Position numbers and translations under genes: made by a program | Assembly (NCBI GenBank): GCA_965279375.1 | Contig: OZ257156.1 | Span: 3,104,001-3,168,000, forward strand | DNA: 64,000 nt | Direction: 5' to 3' | DNA from: Gemmatimonas sp. | GTDB lineage: Bacteria; Gemmatimonadota; Gemmatimonadetes; Gemmatimonadales; Gemmatimonadaceae | Shown here: positions 46,940 through 57,719 of the stretch, piece by piece | How the letters are laid out: each line of letters starts with the position of its first letter | Position numbering within the stretch: the stretch's first letter is position 1 | Notes under the pieces: model-generated | What the model was told of the DNA's origin: nothing | Database searches by the model: none | What the model saw: the letters and a program-made list of their open reading frames with translations, nothing else

Positions 46940-49900
46940 ATGCCCGCCGCGCCCGACCCGCCGCCGATCCCGCGAGACACCTTCGACTTCGAGTCCATCG
47001 TCTCGGACTCCACGCGTGTGACCGCCCGCGTTCGGACCGGCGAAGAGCGTTGGCCGGCCGCCTGGGTGGTGTGCGCCGTGGTCTCGACGATTGCGCTGGC
47101 CTCCTGGCAGGAGGCGCACGGATGGCGCATGCTCGCGATTGCGGCAGTCGGATCGCTGGGGGCCACGGTGACGTTGCGCTGGGTGCGGTCGCCTCGCATC
47201 TGGGCCCTCGGGGCGGTGCTGTTCCTCTGGCTCGCCATCGCGATCTCCGCACGCGAGACGGCGAGGTTGGATCGCTTCGAGCGTGACTGGGCAGGGTGGT
47301 CCAGCGACGAGCGAGAGGCGCGTGGACAGCGAGTCGCGCGGAGCCTCACGGACGTGTCAACCGCCTTGCAATTGGCCACCGCCGATGCCGTGGCTGATAC
47401 CTCGCTGATCGAGGCACTCGAAAACGGCACCGCCTCGCCATACGCGCTGCGGCCGCCTCCGATCGAGGGGAAAGTCGAGTCGGCGCTTCTGATCTTCAAG
47501 CGCGGACGTCTGCTGGCGCGCGCTGGCCAATCGCACACGCCCATTCTCCCCGAAGGTCCCGCACAGACGCTGCTGGTACCGGGGCCCTTCCACACCTCGC
47601 TCGTTTCGCGCGCCGTCTCGGCCAACGGCGAACTACAAGCGGTGGCGGTCGCGCTGGTGTCGTCCGCGGCACCGGCGGATCGCTTCGCGCGATCACTGAC
47701 ACAGGTGCTTGCCGGTCGGCTTTCGATCGATCGGACGATCATCGAACCGCCCGACTCTTCCCGCGTCGATCCCGGGTCGACGGTGATGCTGGTGGTGGAT
47801 GGTCCTCGCCGGCTGGCTCGCGTGGTGTCGCTGGCCTACACGCAGGGCGAGAGCGAACAACAGCTTACACAGCGCGCGCATGTGCGAACGCTGCTGCCGC
47901 TCGCGATCGCAATGTTGCTGGTGCTCGTGACGGCGTGGCGCCGCCCAGCCAGAACGGTGCACCGCGTCGTCACGACACTGGGATTGCTGCGTGCCGTCAT
48001 GGTGGCGCAACTCAGCTTGCTTTCGAACTTCTCGCCGATCTTCGATCCGTCCACGTATTTCGCGTCGATGGGTGGCGCGCTCACGGCGAACATCGCGGCG
48101 CTGCTCATCAGCGCATCAGCAGCGCTGGCGACGCTCTTTCTCATCCTGCGTTCGCGCATCGTCCTGCGGTCGCGTGTGGCGGCAGCACTGCTTGTGCTGC
48201 TGGTGGCCGGGCTGGGGCCGTTCCTGCTGCGCGATCTCGCACGCGGCATTCAGTTGCCGCAATCCGGTGTTGGACCACGCTTGTGGATGGCGTGGCAGCT
48301 TGGTCTGGCGTTGGCCGGTGCCTCGTTGATGCTTGCCGGCGCGACGGCTGGCCAGGTCGCGCTCGGCCGAGCGCGAGGCGTCCCCCCCCTCACGGCGCCC
48401 TTGCTTGCCGTCATTTCGGCCACGCTGGCGCCGGTGCTTTGGCAGGCGCCGGGCGCATGGCCGGCGTGGTATCCGATCGGCTGGGTGCTGGCCATTGGCG
48501 CGCTGGCTCTCACAAGACGCGGCGTGGCGCTCGTACTGAGTGCGGCCGTGGTGGCCGGCGCCGGAGCAGCCACGCTCACCTGGGGGCAGGTGGCACGCGC
48601 GCGTATGGAACTCGCGCAGCACGACCTGCCGAGAATTTCAGTAGTCGATCCGAACGCGGAGAAGCTGCTGAGCCGCTTCGCGACGGCGTTGGCGGAGAAC
48701 CCGCGCCCTCCGCAGGAAAGCGACGCGATGCTGCGGAATTTCGCGTCCACCGACCTCGCCAAGGCGGGCTATCCTGCGCGCATTTCGCGCTGGATCCCCA
48801 CGCAGCTTGCCGTTCCGGTGACGGAGATTGCGCTCACTCCGCTCAGCGACTCGCTCCACACGCTGGAGGCATTCGCGCGCATCGCGGACTTCGTGCGACA
48901 AGTGGGCGCGGTGCAGATCTACAAGGTCGATGACGGACCAACGACGATTCTCGTGGCCGGCGTTCCGGCCAGCGATGGCAGCGTCACCACGATCGCGGTG
49001 CCGCCGCGCACCGGCCTCCTCCCGATCGATCCTTTCGCCAGCCTGACTGGCATCACCGGTGCTGCCGGGCGAGAACCCGCGTATCGTCTCACGCTCGCGG
49101 CCAGTTCACCGGAGGACTCCGCGACACAGCCGCTGTTGTGGCGTCGCCGCGGTACGACGATGCACGGAGATGGCATCATCGGCGGCGGTGAGGGCGCACG
49201 GCGCGTGCATGTGGAGGTCGAGCTGCGCGGTCTCGATGTGCTGCTGCCGCGCGGCGCGTTGCTTGTGCTGCTCGATCTCGCGGTGGTGATGCTGCTGTGG
49301 GGCACGTCGGCGATGGCGGACGGTGCGTTCGGTCGATGGCTGCGCGTGCGACGCGCGCGGTGGGCGCGCTCGTATCGCGTGCGACTCAGTCTCGCGTTGC
49401 TCGCCTTCTTCATTGCGCCCGCGGCGATCTTCACCGCCTGGTCCTGGTATCGGCTGCAGGACGATGACGCGTCCGCGCGAGAGCTACTGGTGCGCGAGGC
49501 GCTGCGTGTGGCGGCGGTCGATGTGAATCGCGGCGAGTTGAGCATTTCAGCGGCGAGCGCTGGCACGCCGCTTTTTCTCTATCAGGATGGACAGCTGATC
49601 GCTGCGAGCGACCGCTTGCTCGAAGCACTCGCGCCGTTGGGTCGGTTGCTGCCGGTGTCGCTCGAAGCCGAGGATTTTGGTGCCGACGATCTGTTCGCGA
49701 CGCGTCGACAGGCAATCGCCGGACGCGAGGCGCTGGTGGGTTTTCGACGTGTGCCGCAGTTCGACGCGACGGGCGTGCTGTCCACGCCGGCACGCGGCGA
49801 CGAGTTTGCGCTCGATGCGCGCCGCGCAGACCTCGGCGTACTCCTGCTCTTCGTGACGTCATTGGGTGCGCTCGCGGCCGTCTGGTCCAGCGGCGTCGCC

Positions 49901-51109
49901 GCGCGCTCGCTGGCGCGCCCGGTTCGTGCGCTTCGGGAGGCGGCGCTTTCCATCGCAGCGGGCGGCGAAGATCCGTCGCTGGGTGCGGCGCCCGCCTCGG
50001 AGTTCGCGCCGGTGTATCGCGCCTTCGGTCGCATGGCAAAGGACCTGACGATCAGTCGCGCGGCACTCGAAGCCGCGCAGCGTCGCACCGATGCTGTCCT
50101 CCAGAACGTGGCCAGCGGCGTGCTCGCCCTCAGCCCCGATGGTGCGATCGTCATCGCGAATCCACGGGCGGAAGAACTACTCCGGGTGTCGGTGCGCGCG
50201 CCGGGCGCGACGTTGGGTCTCCTGCCCACAAAGTTCGATGCGCTGACGGCGCGCTGCCGCGAGTTCCTTTCCGCTGCCGACGGCTCGGGCAGCAACGAGG
50301 ATGCGTTCGACGTCGCCGTGGATGGGCGTCAACTTCGTGCACGGCTCACGCGCCTTCCTGGCGGTGCGGTGCTCACGCTCGATGACGTGACGGAGCTGGC
50401 CACCGCCCAGCGCGTACTCGCGTGGGGCGAGATGGCGCGCCAGATCGCGCACGAGATCAAGAATCCGCTCACGCCGATTCGATTGGGCGTGCAGCACCTG
50501 CGCCGTGCGTTCCGCGACGGGCGCGGCGACTTCGGGGCCATTCTCGACACCAACGTCACGCGCGTCCTCGCTGAGATCGATCACCTCGACGAAATCGCGC
50601 GCGCCTTCAGTCGGTACGGGACCGCGCCGGCCGATCGCGAGGCTGCTGTGCGTGTGGATGTGCTGGCCGCAGTGCGCGACGTGCTGGCGTTGGAGCGGTT
50701 GGGCGAGGGTGAGGTTCGCTGGCACCTTGAAACAGACGACGGCTCCGAGGTGGTGAACGGGAATGGTGCCGACGGGGACTGGCGGGCGCTGGCGCGCCAC
50801 GACGAGCTCAAGGAGGTGCTGCTCAACGTGCTCGAGAACGCTCGTCATGCACAGGCGACGGATGTGACCGTTCGCATCGCGCGGAGAGATCAGCGGGTGC
50901 ACATCTCGGTGCTGGACAATGGCACCGGCGTGGCGCCTGAGGTGATCGGTCGCGTCTTCGAACCGCACTTCTCCACCAGCACGAGTGGGAGCGGACTCGG
51001 GCTGGCGATCAGTCGTCGCTTGATCGAGGGTTGGGGCGGGTCGATCACGTTGCAGAGCGCTCCCGGCGCGGGGGCAACGGTGGAGATCGTTCTGCGCGCG
51101 GCGGCGTAA
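46940..51109 (+). CDS. Very large multi-TM sensor histidine kinase (HAMP-PAS-HisKA-HATPase, NtrY-like core)
   Basis: AWGEMARQIAHEIKNPLTPI, NVLENA, DNGTG, FEPHFST, GSGLGL; about 1390 aa. Confidence 0.92.
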   Translation: MPAAPDPPPIPRDTFDFESIVSDSTRVTARVRTGEERWPAAWVVCAVVSTIALASWQEAHGWRMLAIAAVGSLGATVTLRWVRSPRIWALGAVLFLWLAIAISARETARLDRFERDWAGWSSDEREARGQRVARSLTDVSTALQLATADAVADTSLIEALENGTASPYALRPPPIEGKVESALLIFKRGRLLARAGQSHTPILPEGPAQTLLVPGPFHTSLVSRAVSANGELQAVAVALVSSAAPADRFARSLTQVLAGRLSIDRTIIEPPDSSRVDPGSTVMLVVDGPRRLARVVSLAYTQGESEQQLTQRAHVRTLLPLAIAMLLVLVTAWRRPARTVHRVVTTLGLLRAVMVAQLSLLSNFSPIFDPSTYFASMGGALTANIAALLISASAALATLFLILRSRIVLRSRVAAALLVLLVAGLGPFLLRDLARGIQLPQSGVGPRLWMAWQLGLALAGASLMLAGATAGQVALGRARGVPPLTAPLLAVISATLAPVLWQAPGAWPAWYPIGWVLAIGALALTRRGVALVLSAAVVAGAGAATLTWGQVARARMELAQHDLPRISVVDPNAEKLLSRFATALAENPRPPQESDAMLRNFASTDLAKAGYPARISRWIPTQLAVPVTEIALTPLSDSLHTLEAFARIADFVRQVGAVQIYKVDDGPTTILVAGVPASDGSVTTIAVPPRTGLLPIDPFASLTGITGAAGREPAYRLTLAASSPEDSATQPLLWRRRGTTMHGDGIIGGGEGARRVHVEVELRGLDVLLPRGALLVLLDLAVVMLLWGTSAMADGAFGRWLRVRRARWARSYRVRLSLALLAFFIAPAAIFTAWSWYRLQDDDASARELLVREALRVAAVDVNRGELSISAASAGTPLFLYQDGQLIAASDRLLEALAPLGRLLPVSLEAEDFGADDLFATRRQAIAGREALVGFRRVPQFDATGVLSTPARGDEFALDARRADLGVLLLFVTSLGALAAVWSSGVAARSLARPVRALREAALSIAAGGEDPSLGAAPASEFAPVYRAFGRMAKDLTISRAALEAAQRRTDAVLQNVASGVLALSPDGAIVIANPRAEELLRVSVRAPGATLGLLPTKFDALTARCREFLSAADGSGSNEDAFDVAVDGRQLRARLTRLPGGAVLTLDDVTELATAQRVLAWGEMARQIAHEIKNPLTPIRLGVQHLRRAFRDGRGDFGAILDTNVTRVLAEIDHLDEIARAFSRYGTAPADREAAVRVDVLAAVRDVLALERLGEGEVRWHLETDDGSEVVNGNGADGDWRALARHDELKEVLLNVLENARHAQATDVTVRIARRDQRVHISVLDNGTGVAPEVIGRVFEPHFSTSTSGSGLGLAISRRLIEGWGGSITLQSAPGAGATVEIVLRAAA

Positions 51110-51205
51110 CGGTTCGCGCCCGCCGCAGCAATCGTGCGGTCCGCTGCGCGTGAATTGATCGGATTCGGGAGCGGTGCCGAAGCCGCCGTGGCGTTACTCT
51201 TCAGC

Positions 51206-52972
51206 ATGGCTCCGGACCCTCTCCTCGCCGTGCACAGCGCGACCGCCTCCCCGCCTCCGCATCTCGAGTCGTGGACGCTGCCGCCAGGATGGTCGTGGGG
51301 AAGCGAGGGGCTACTTCGTCAGCATCGCCACTACCAGGAAGTCATCGACGCGCTCGGTCGGTCGCTGTCGCTCGTGAGCTCGCCCGATGAAGCGAACGGT
51401 GCGTGGCTGTGGCACGAAGCACGGGCGCTTGCGCACCGCAACCATCCATCCATTCCGACGACCTATCACTACTGGGCGTCGTATCAGGAAAGCCGTCGTG
51501 GCCCGGGCTACCTGCGTCGCTGGATCGGCGGCGAAACGGTCTTCTCACGCGTCGCGCGACTAGGGCCGGAGTCCGTGCCGGTTGCTCTGTCCGTGCTGCG
51601 TGAAGCGGGGAGCACGCTGGCGTATCTGCACGATACCGGCAGCGCGCACGGCGACATCTCGGCCAACTCCATCTGGCTCACGCCCGGCGGTCGCCTGTGG
51701 TTGCTGGGTTGGGAGTGGGTGCTGCCGCGGGAGCAGATCCCGACTGGTGTGCGCCCGAGTCCCGAGTTCGCGCCGTGTCCCGCCGAGTGGGCCGACGGCG
51801 TGTGGACGCCGACGCCTGCGTCGGACCAATGGCAGTTGGCAGCGATGCTGTTCACGATGCTCACGGGTGAGACGCCGCCGGAACGCGACGTGCCGCCGTT
51901 GTCGTTGCTGCGCGCCGACTGCCCGCAGGCGCTGGCCACGGTGCTCGAGCGTGCCCTGAACCCCGACCCCGAGGCACGCTTCCCGTCGATCGCGGCGCTG
52001 CTGCGTGATCTCGATCGGCATGTCTCGGTGCGACAGGTGATGATCTCGCCGGAAGGGGATGAGTTGCCACCGGCGCTCGACACGGCGGACGCACGCCTGC
52101 GTTGGGCCACCGCCGACGACTACGAGATCCTGTCGCCGCTGGGTAGCGGCATGTTCGGAAGTGTGTGGCGTGCGCGTGACCTCTCACTTTCGCGTGAGGT
52201 CGCGATCAAGGTGCTGCACCCGCACATCGCCAAGGACGATGTCGCTGTTGCGCGCTTCCGTCGCGAGGCGCGCCTCGCGGCGCAGTTGGCACATCCGTCC
52301 ATCGTCCCGATCTACGACAGCGACAGCCGGGGCGACATCGTGTGGTACACGATGGAACTCGCCGAAGGCGGATCGGTGGCGAGCCTGATTTCGCGCAGCG
52401 GCCCACGTCCGTTCGAGGAGATCGCGCAGCAGGTCGATGATGTGCTCGAAGCGCTGATTGCCGCGCACGCGAGCGGGATCATTCATCGCGATCTCAAGCC
52501 CGAAAACATCCTGATCGATCGCTATCGGCGTTGGCGCATCGGCGATTTCGGTATCGCGTACGCGTTAGGAGAGGAGCGGGCCGGCACCTCCGGTACGCCG
52601 TCCTTCGCCGCGCCCGAACAGCTGCTGGGCGAGGCGCAGGGGCCGGCGACGGACTGCTTTGCGCTGGCCAGCATCGTCTACTTCGTGCTGACCGGACATC
52701 CGCCGTTTGGCGATGGACCCGGCGAAATGATCCTCGCGCAGCAGCTCTCCAACACGCTCGACGCTCGGTTGCTCGCCGACGGCTTCACCGATGCGATTGC
52801 GGCGTGGTTGCATCGCGGACTGGCGCCGCGCGTGGAAGATCGGTTCGAGGACGCCCAGGAGATGCGCCTGGGCTGGCGTCAGGTGGTGCGCAGCGTGCGT
52901 CGCGCCGAAGACCAGCGTCCGTGGTGGCGTCGCTTGATCGAGGGGCCGCAGGACGACGACGTCGTGGTGTGA
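51206..52972 (+). CDS. Tandem pseudokinase-kinase Ser/Thr protein kinase
   Basis: C-terminal domain LGSGMFG, VAIK, HRDLKPEN, DFG, APE; N-terminal domain degenerate (HGDISANS, LLGW). Confidence 0.88.
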   Translation: MAPDPLLAVHSATASPPPHLESWTLPPGWSWGSEGLLRQHRHYQEVIDALGRSLSLVSSPDEANGAWLWHEARALAHRNHPSIPTTYHYWASYQESRRGPGYLRRWIGGETVFSRVARLGPESVPVALSVLREAGSTLAYLHDTGSAHGDISANSIWLTPGGRLWLLGWEWVLPREQIPTGVRPSPEFAPCPAEWADGVWTPTPASDQWQLAAMLFTMLTGETPPERDVPPLSLLRADCPQALATVLERALNPDPEARFPSIAALLRDLDRHVSVRQVMISPEGDELPPALDTADARLRWATADDYEILSPLGSGMFGSVWRARDLSLSREVAIKVLHPHIAKDDVAVARFRREARLAAQLAHPSIVPIYDSDSRGDIVWYTMELAEGGSVASLISRSGPRPFEEIAQQVDDVLEALIAAHASGIIHRDLKPENILIDRYRRWRIGDFGIAYALGEERAGTSGTPSFAAPEQLLGEAQGPATDCFALASIVYFVLTGHPPFGDGPGEMILAQQLSNTLDARLLADGFTDAIAAWLHRGLAPRVEDRFEDAQEMRLGWRQVVRSVRRAEDQRPWWRRLIEGPQDDDVVV

Positions 52973-52978
52973 TTCGCC

Positions 52979-54370
52979 TCAGTGGCGAACCCGAATCGTC
53001 TTCTGGTTGGTGAACTCGCGAAAGCCGAGTGTGCCCAGCTCGCGTCCGACGCCGGACTGCTTGACGCCGCCGAACGGATAGCGCGGGTCGGAGACGACCA
53101 TGTCATTGATGAAGATCATGCCGGCGTCTAACGCTTCAATGCAGTAGGCCGCCTCGGCCGTATCGGTCGTCCACACACTGGCCCCGAGCCCGAACGGCGA
53201 GTCGTTGGCGCGTGCGATCGCCGCGGCCGTGTCCGACACCCGGAATACCGACGCCACCGGACCAAAGAGCTCCTCGTGCGCGGCAGGGGCATCCTCCGGA
53301 ATGTCCGCCAGCACCGTCGGCGCGTAGAAGAACCCGGGCAGCGAGTCGTCATCGCCGCCCACCAGCACACGCGCGCCACGTGACACCGAGTCACGCACTT
53401 GTGCGCGCAGTCCGTCGCGCACGCTCTCCGTCGCGATCGGACCGACGTCAGTGCGCTCGTCGCGCGGATCGCCCATGCGCACGGCGCGCATCCCCGCAGT
53501 GAACGCCTCGATGAACGCATCGTAAACGACATCGCACACGATGAACCGCTTGGCGGCCACACACGACTGTCCGGAGTTCACGGTGCGTGCGGTCACCGCG
53601 ACGGCGGCCGCACGCGCGACATCCGCGCTGGGCAACACGAGAAACGGATCGCTGCCACCCAGTTCGAGTACGACCTTCTTGAGGTGCGCTCCGGCGACGG
53701 ATGCCACATGGCGTCCAGCGCGATCGCTACCCGTCAGGGTGACGCCAACGATGCGCGCATCGGCGATGACGTCGTCGATCAGCTCATGCGCGAGAAACGC
53801 CGTGTGCAGTGGCGCGGGCGGCGTGTCCGTGTCGGTAGTCGCCGCGCGCGCCTCCTCGAAGCACACCTCGAGCAGTCGCGCGGCTCCGGGCACAGAGCCC
53901 GCCGGCTTGAGCAACACGCCGTTGCCCGCGAGGAGCGCGGGGACCGCGAAGCGCAGCGCCTGCCAGTACGGGAAATTCCACGGCATGATCGCGAGCACGC
54001 AGCCGAGCGGCGCATAACGAACGGTAACGGTCGCGGCGGCGTCGTTGACCGGCTGCTCGTCGGCGAGCGCCGACTCGGCGAGCGCGGGCGCGAGATCACA
54101 CAGCAGGGCGCACTTGTCCACCTCTCCACGAGCCGCGAGGATCGGCTTTCCCATCTCGAGCGAGAGTGCTTCGGCGAGCGCCTCCCGGTGCGCACGCAGC
54201 GATGCGCCGAGCGCGGTGACGAAGCGCGTGCGCGACTCCAGCGAGGCAGTGCGCCAGAGGAGCTGTTCGCTGTGCACGCGCGCGAGCAGCGTTTCGCGCT
54301 GAGCGGGGGTCAGGGAGGCGACTTCGTGGAGGAACTCGCCCGTGGCTGGATTGAACGCACGAAAGGTCAT
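52979..54370 (-). CDS. NAD(P)-dependent succinate-semialdehyde dehydrogenase-like aldehyde dehydrogenase
   Basis: IMPWNFPYWQ, LTGS, LELGGSDP, NSGQSCVAAKR, EELFGP, PFGGVKQSG.GREL. Confidence 0.93.
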   Translation of the reverse strand: MTFRAFNPATGEFLHEVASLTPAQRETLLARVHSEQLLWRTASLESRTRFVTALGASLRAHREALAEALSLEMGKPILAARGEVDKCALLCDLAPALAESALADEQPVNDAAATVTVRYAPLGCVLAIMPWNFPYWQALRFAVPALLAGNGVLLKPAGSVPGAARLLEVCFEEARAATTDTDTPPAPLHTAFLAHELIDDVIADARIVGVTLTGSDRAGRHVASVAGAHLKKVVLELGGSDPFLVLPSADVARAAAVAVTARTVNSGQSCVAAKRFIVCDVVYDAFIEAFTAGMRAVRMGDPRDERTDVGPIATESVRDGLRAQVRDSVSRGARVLVGGDDDSLPGFFYAPTVLADIPEDAPAAHEELFGPVASVFRVSDTAAAIARANDSPFGLGASVWTTDTAEAAYCIEALDAGMIFINDMVVSDPRYPFGGVKQSGVGRELGTLGFREFTNQKTIRVRH

Positions 54371-54465
54371 GCACGAACGTCGGTGCAAGACCCGTGCACG
54401 GTCAAGCGCCGGTTGACCGTGCGCTCAGCCGTGGAGCATCTGCGCGCCCCACGGAACCACAGCGG

Positions 54466-55797
54466 TCAGGCGGCGTGCGTTGGGGAGTAGCTGGGAGCGG
54501 ACGCCGTCGCCGCGACGCCGACCGAGGCGGCCGCTCGTGCGATCGCGGCCAGGTCGGGGGGCAGCAGCGTCGTCGGTGAATGCATCGGGGCCGCATGCGA
54601 ACGAGACGGACGCTCCGGGCGCCGAACGCGCGTCTTTTCCGCAGCGACGGTCAGTTTGCGACGACGCTTGCGCGCGTAGAGGAGCTGGTCCGCGCGCGAC
54701 AACAGCTCGCTGAGCGAGGCATCGTCGGTGGGACGAACGCGCGTATAGCCGATGGTCAGCGAGAGCGGCGCCGGCAACTCGGCGCTCGCGTTGAGCAGGG
54801 CGATGCGCTCTTCGATACGGCGCTGAATGAGTCGCGCAGCGGCACCGTCGGCGTCGAGTGCCATGATTGTGAATTCGTCGCCACCCATCCGTGCCACCAC
54901 GTCGCAATCGCGAACGGTGCGACGCAGCAAGCGGCCGACCGCCGCGAGCGCCTTGTCGCCGACCGCGTGGCCATGCGTGTCGTTGAGCTGCTTGAAGTCA
55001 TCCATGTCCACGTACAGCAGCACGGCGTCCTTTTCCTGACGACGTGCGATGCGCAGGTGCTGTTCGGCGAGGGTGAGGAACCCGCGCCGATTGTAGAGCA
55101 TCGTGAGATGATCCGTGAGCGAGGCGCGACGCAGGCGCAGCTCCTCGCGCTTGCGGGCCGAAATGTCGCGGATGGTGACGGCAACACCGTCCGCCGTCGG
55201 TACTGCCTGATGCAGGAGCCATGATGCCGCGAAGCGGCGCGGGTCCACGCGCACGTCTTCCACGAGCGGCGCATTGAGCGCGATCGCGTCGGCGTACTGC
55301 TCGAGCAGGGGCGTGGCGACGGCGAACGGAAAGTCGCGCTGGAGTCGGCGTCCGACCAGTTGATCGTGTGTGGAGCGCATCAGCCGTGCTGCCGTTGGAT
55401 TGACGTCGGTGACCACGAAGTCTGTCACCTCGCCCGCGTCGTTCCGCAGCGCGCGCAGCAGGAACACGCCGTCAGCGCTGGCATGCATGGCGTCGTGCAG
55501 ACGGCGCACCTGCTGACGCAGGGCCAGTTCATCGTCGCCGCGTCGCGCGGTGTCTCGCTTGAGCAGCCACCAACCGGTGAGGGCCAGGGCAAGCGCGAGG
55601 GCGCTCATCAGCGGTGCCGCATCGAGCAGCGACAGAAAGCCCGCTTCGACCGAGTGCGACGCGGTAGCGGCAAGCGGACCCCCCGCCCGCGCCGTACTGG
55701 CGCGTGCGACGTCACCGAGAGACGCGAGTCCACCGGTAATTGCCATGACGGCAAGCGCTCCCCAAAAGGTGGCGCGCGAAGCGAGTCGATCGAACAT
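54466..55797 (-). CDS. Membrane-anchored PAS-GGDEF diguanylate cyclase
   Basis: Two TMs, PAS domain, DHLTMLYNRR, FKQLND.HGHAVGD, RxxD..ARMGGDEF. Confidence 0.92.
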   Translation of the reverse strand: MFDRLASRATFWGALAVMAITGGLASLGDVARASTARAGGPLAATASHSVEAGFLSLLDAAPLMSALALALALTGWWLLKRDTARRGDDELALRQQVRRLHDAMHASADGVFLLRALRNDAGEVTDFVVTDVNPTAARLMRSTHDQLVGRRLQRDFPFAVATPLLEQYADAIALNAPLVEDVRVDPRRFAASWLLHQAVPTADGVAVTIRDISARKREELRLRRASLTDHLTMLYNRRGFLTLAEQHLRIARRQEKDAVLLYVDMDDFKQLNDTHGHAVGDKALAAVGRLLRRTVRDCDVVARMGGDEFTIMALDADGAAARLIQRRIEERIALLNASAELPAPLSLTIGYTRVRPTDDASLSELLSRADQLLYARKRRRKLTVAAEKTRVRRPERPSRSHAAPMHSPTTLLPPDLAAIARAAASVGVAATASAPSYSPTHAA

Positions 55798-56024
55798 GAC
55801 GGATCAGGGTTGGTGCCATTCTGGAAAGATCGAGGCCAGCGTCGGGTCGATCGGTCCTTGCCCCCGCACTGGGGGTCGCTGGAGGAGGGAAAGGCAACGT
55901 CTATGCCATGCTCATCCATTCGACCCCGTCCGCCATTGCGCGAGTCGGGTCATTGCGGACGTAAGCAATTTTACCACAAGCGTTTACATCGAAAGCGTCC
56001 GGCCCTCGTTCACATCGCGTCCAG

Positions 56025-56072
56025 ACAAAACGCCCTCCGTAGCACCCGATAGCAAAGGCGATACGGAGGGCG
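56025..56072 (-). terminator. Probable intrinsic terminator downstream of actP
   Basis: Minus strand CGCCCTCCGTA..TACGGAGGGCG followed by TTTTGT. Confidence 0.55.
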
Positions 56073-56123
56073 GATTTCGACCTGTCCCTACCGAAACTGA
56101 CCGGCAAAAATGGCCGGTATGCC

Positions 56124-57719
56124 TCAGTCCGCGCCCAGCAGCAAGCGCTTTTCGAGCGCGGCATAGCGCGCCGCACCATCGCGGTCGGGGAAGAGCAGGG
56201 AGACCACGACGCCCACTGCGAACGAAAGCGGGATGGAGACCAGCGCCGGGTTCTTGAGGGGAAAGAGGGCGCTGGTGTGGTGCAGCAGGTCGATCTGCAC
56301 CGCGGGGGAGAGCGTGATCAGCGCGAGCGTGGCCACCGTGCCCGTGACCATGCTGGTGGCCGCGCCAACCGTGCTGGTGCGGCGCCAGAAGACGCTCAGG
56401 ACCAGCGCGGGGAAGTTGGCGCTGGCGGCGATCGCGAACGCCAGCCCGACCATAAAGGCAACGTTCTGTCCTTTGAAGAGGATGCCGAGCGACATGGCGA
56501 TGAGGGCAAGCGCAATCGTGGCGATGCGCGCGACGAGCAACTCTTCGCCCGGTTTCGGTTTGCCGCGCCGGACCACCGACGACCAGAGGTCGTGCGAGAT
56601 GGCCGCTGCGCCGGAGAGCGCGAGACCGGCAACGACAGCCAGGATGGTTGCAAATGCCACCGCGGCGATGAACCCCAGGAACGGCCGCCCACCCAGCAGC
56701 TGGGCCAGCATCGGCGCCGCCATGTTGCCGCCCGCATCGACCGCCTTGATGGCGGAGGGGCCGACGAGCACCATGGCGCCAAATCCCAGTACAAACGTCA
56801 TCAGATAGAAGAGGCCAATGAGTCCCGTGGCGATGAAGACCGACTGCCGCGCCGCCCGCGCATCGGGCACCGTGTAGAAGCGCATCAGGATGTGCGGCAG
56901 CCCCGCCGTGCCGAACATCAGCGCGAGACCGAGCGAGATGGCATCGAGCGGGTTGGACACCAGCTTGCCCGGTGCCAGCACCCCGGCGCCGTACTGCGCC
57001 GCAGCCTGCGCGAAGAGTTCCCGTGGATCGAAGTGGAAGCGTGCGAGCACCATCAGGGCGAGTGCCGCCGCGCCACCGAGGAGCAAAACGGCCTTGACGA
57101 TCTGCACCCACGTGGTGGCCAGCATGCCGCCAAAGAGCACGTACGCCATCATCGCGAAGCCCACGATGACCACGGCCAGTTCGTACGGAATGCCGAACAG
57201 CAGCTTGATCAACCCACCCGCGCCGACCATCTGGGCGATGAGATAGAACGCGATGGTGGCCAACGTGCCGCAGGCGGCGGCGATGCGCACCGGGATCGGA
57301 TTGAGGCGCGCGGCGACGACGTCGGCAAAGGTGTAGCGCCCGAGGTTGCGCAGCGGCTCGGCGATGAGAAAGAGCACCACCGGCCAGCCGACGAGCCACC
57401 CGGTGGAGTAGATCAGCCCATCGAAGCCGCTCGTGGACACGAGACCGGCGATGCCCAGGAACGACGCGGCGCTCATGTAGTCGCCGGCGAGAGCGATGCC
57501 GTTCTGGCCAGCGGTGACACTGCGTCCGGCGGCGTAGAAGTCTTCGGTGCTGCTGGTGCGACGTGCGGCCCAGTACGTGATGGCCAGCGTCAGCGTGATG
57601 AAGCCGGCAAAGAACGCGATCGCGACCGAATCGGGCGTACCGATTCCCGATGGAGCGGCGCTTGGCGCGGCGGCGGGTGCGGCGGTCGCTTGCAGCAGAG
57701 CAAGGAGGATGGCGCGCAT
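56124..57719 (-). CDS. actP: Cation/acetate symporter (SSS family)
   Basis: FYAAGR..GQNGIALAGDYMSAASFLG, GTAGLPHILMRFYTVP, IAASANFP. Confidence 0.93.
   Translation of the reverse strand: MRAILLALLQATAAPAAAPSAAPSGIGTPDSVAIAFFAGFITLTLAITYWAARRTSSTEDFYAAGRSVTAGQNGIALAGDYMSAASFLGIAGLVSTSGFDGLIYSTGWLVGWPVVLFLIAEPLRNLGRYTFADVVAARLNPIPVRIAAACGTLATIAFYLIAQMVGAGGLIKLLFGIPYELAVVIVGFAMMAYVLFGGMLATTWVQIVKAVLLLGGAAALALMVLARFHFDPRELFAQAAAQYGAGVLAPGKLVSNPLDAISLGLALMFGTAGLPHILMRFYTVPDARAARQSVFIATGLIGLFYLMTFVLGFGAMVLVGPSAIKAVDAGGNMAAPMLAQLLGGRPFLGFIAAVAFATILAVVAGLALSGAAAISHDLWSSVVRRGKPKPGEELLVARIATIALALIAMSLGILFKGQNVAFMVGLAFAIAASANFPALVLSVFWRRTSTVGAATSMVTGTVATLALITLSPAVQIDLLHHTSALFPLKNPALVSIPLSFAVGVVVSLLFPDRDGAARYAALEKRLLLGAD

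Noticed and set aside
46834..47742. N-terminal 300 aa of the 555-aa minus-strand ORF
   Set aside because: Overlaps the histidine kinase antisense; a signal peptide and -10 motif support the start at 46833.
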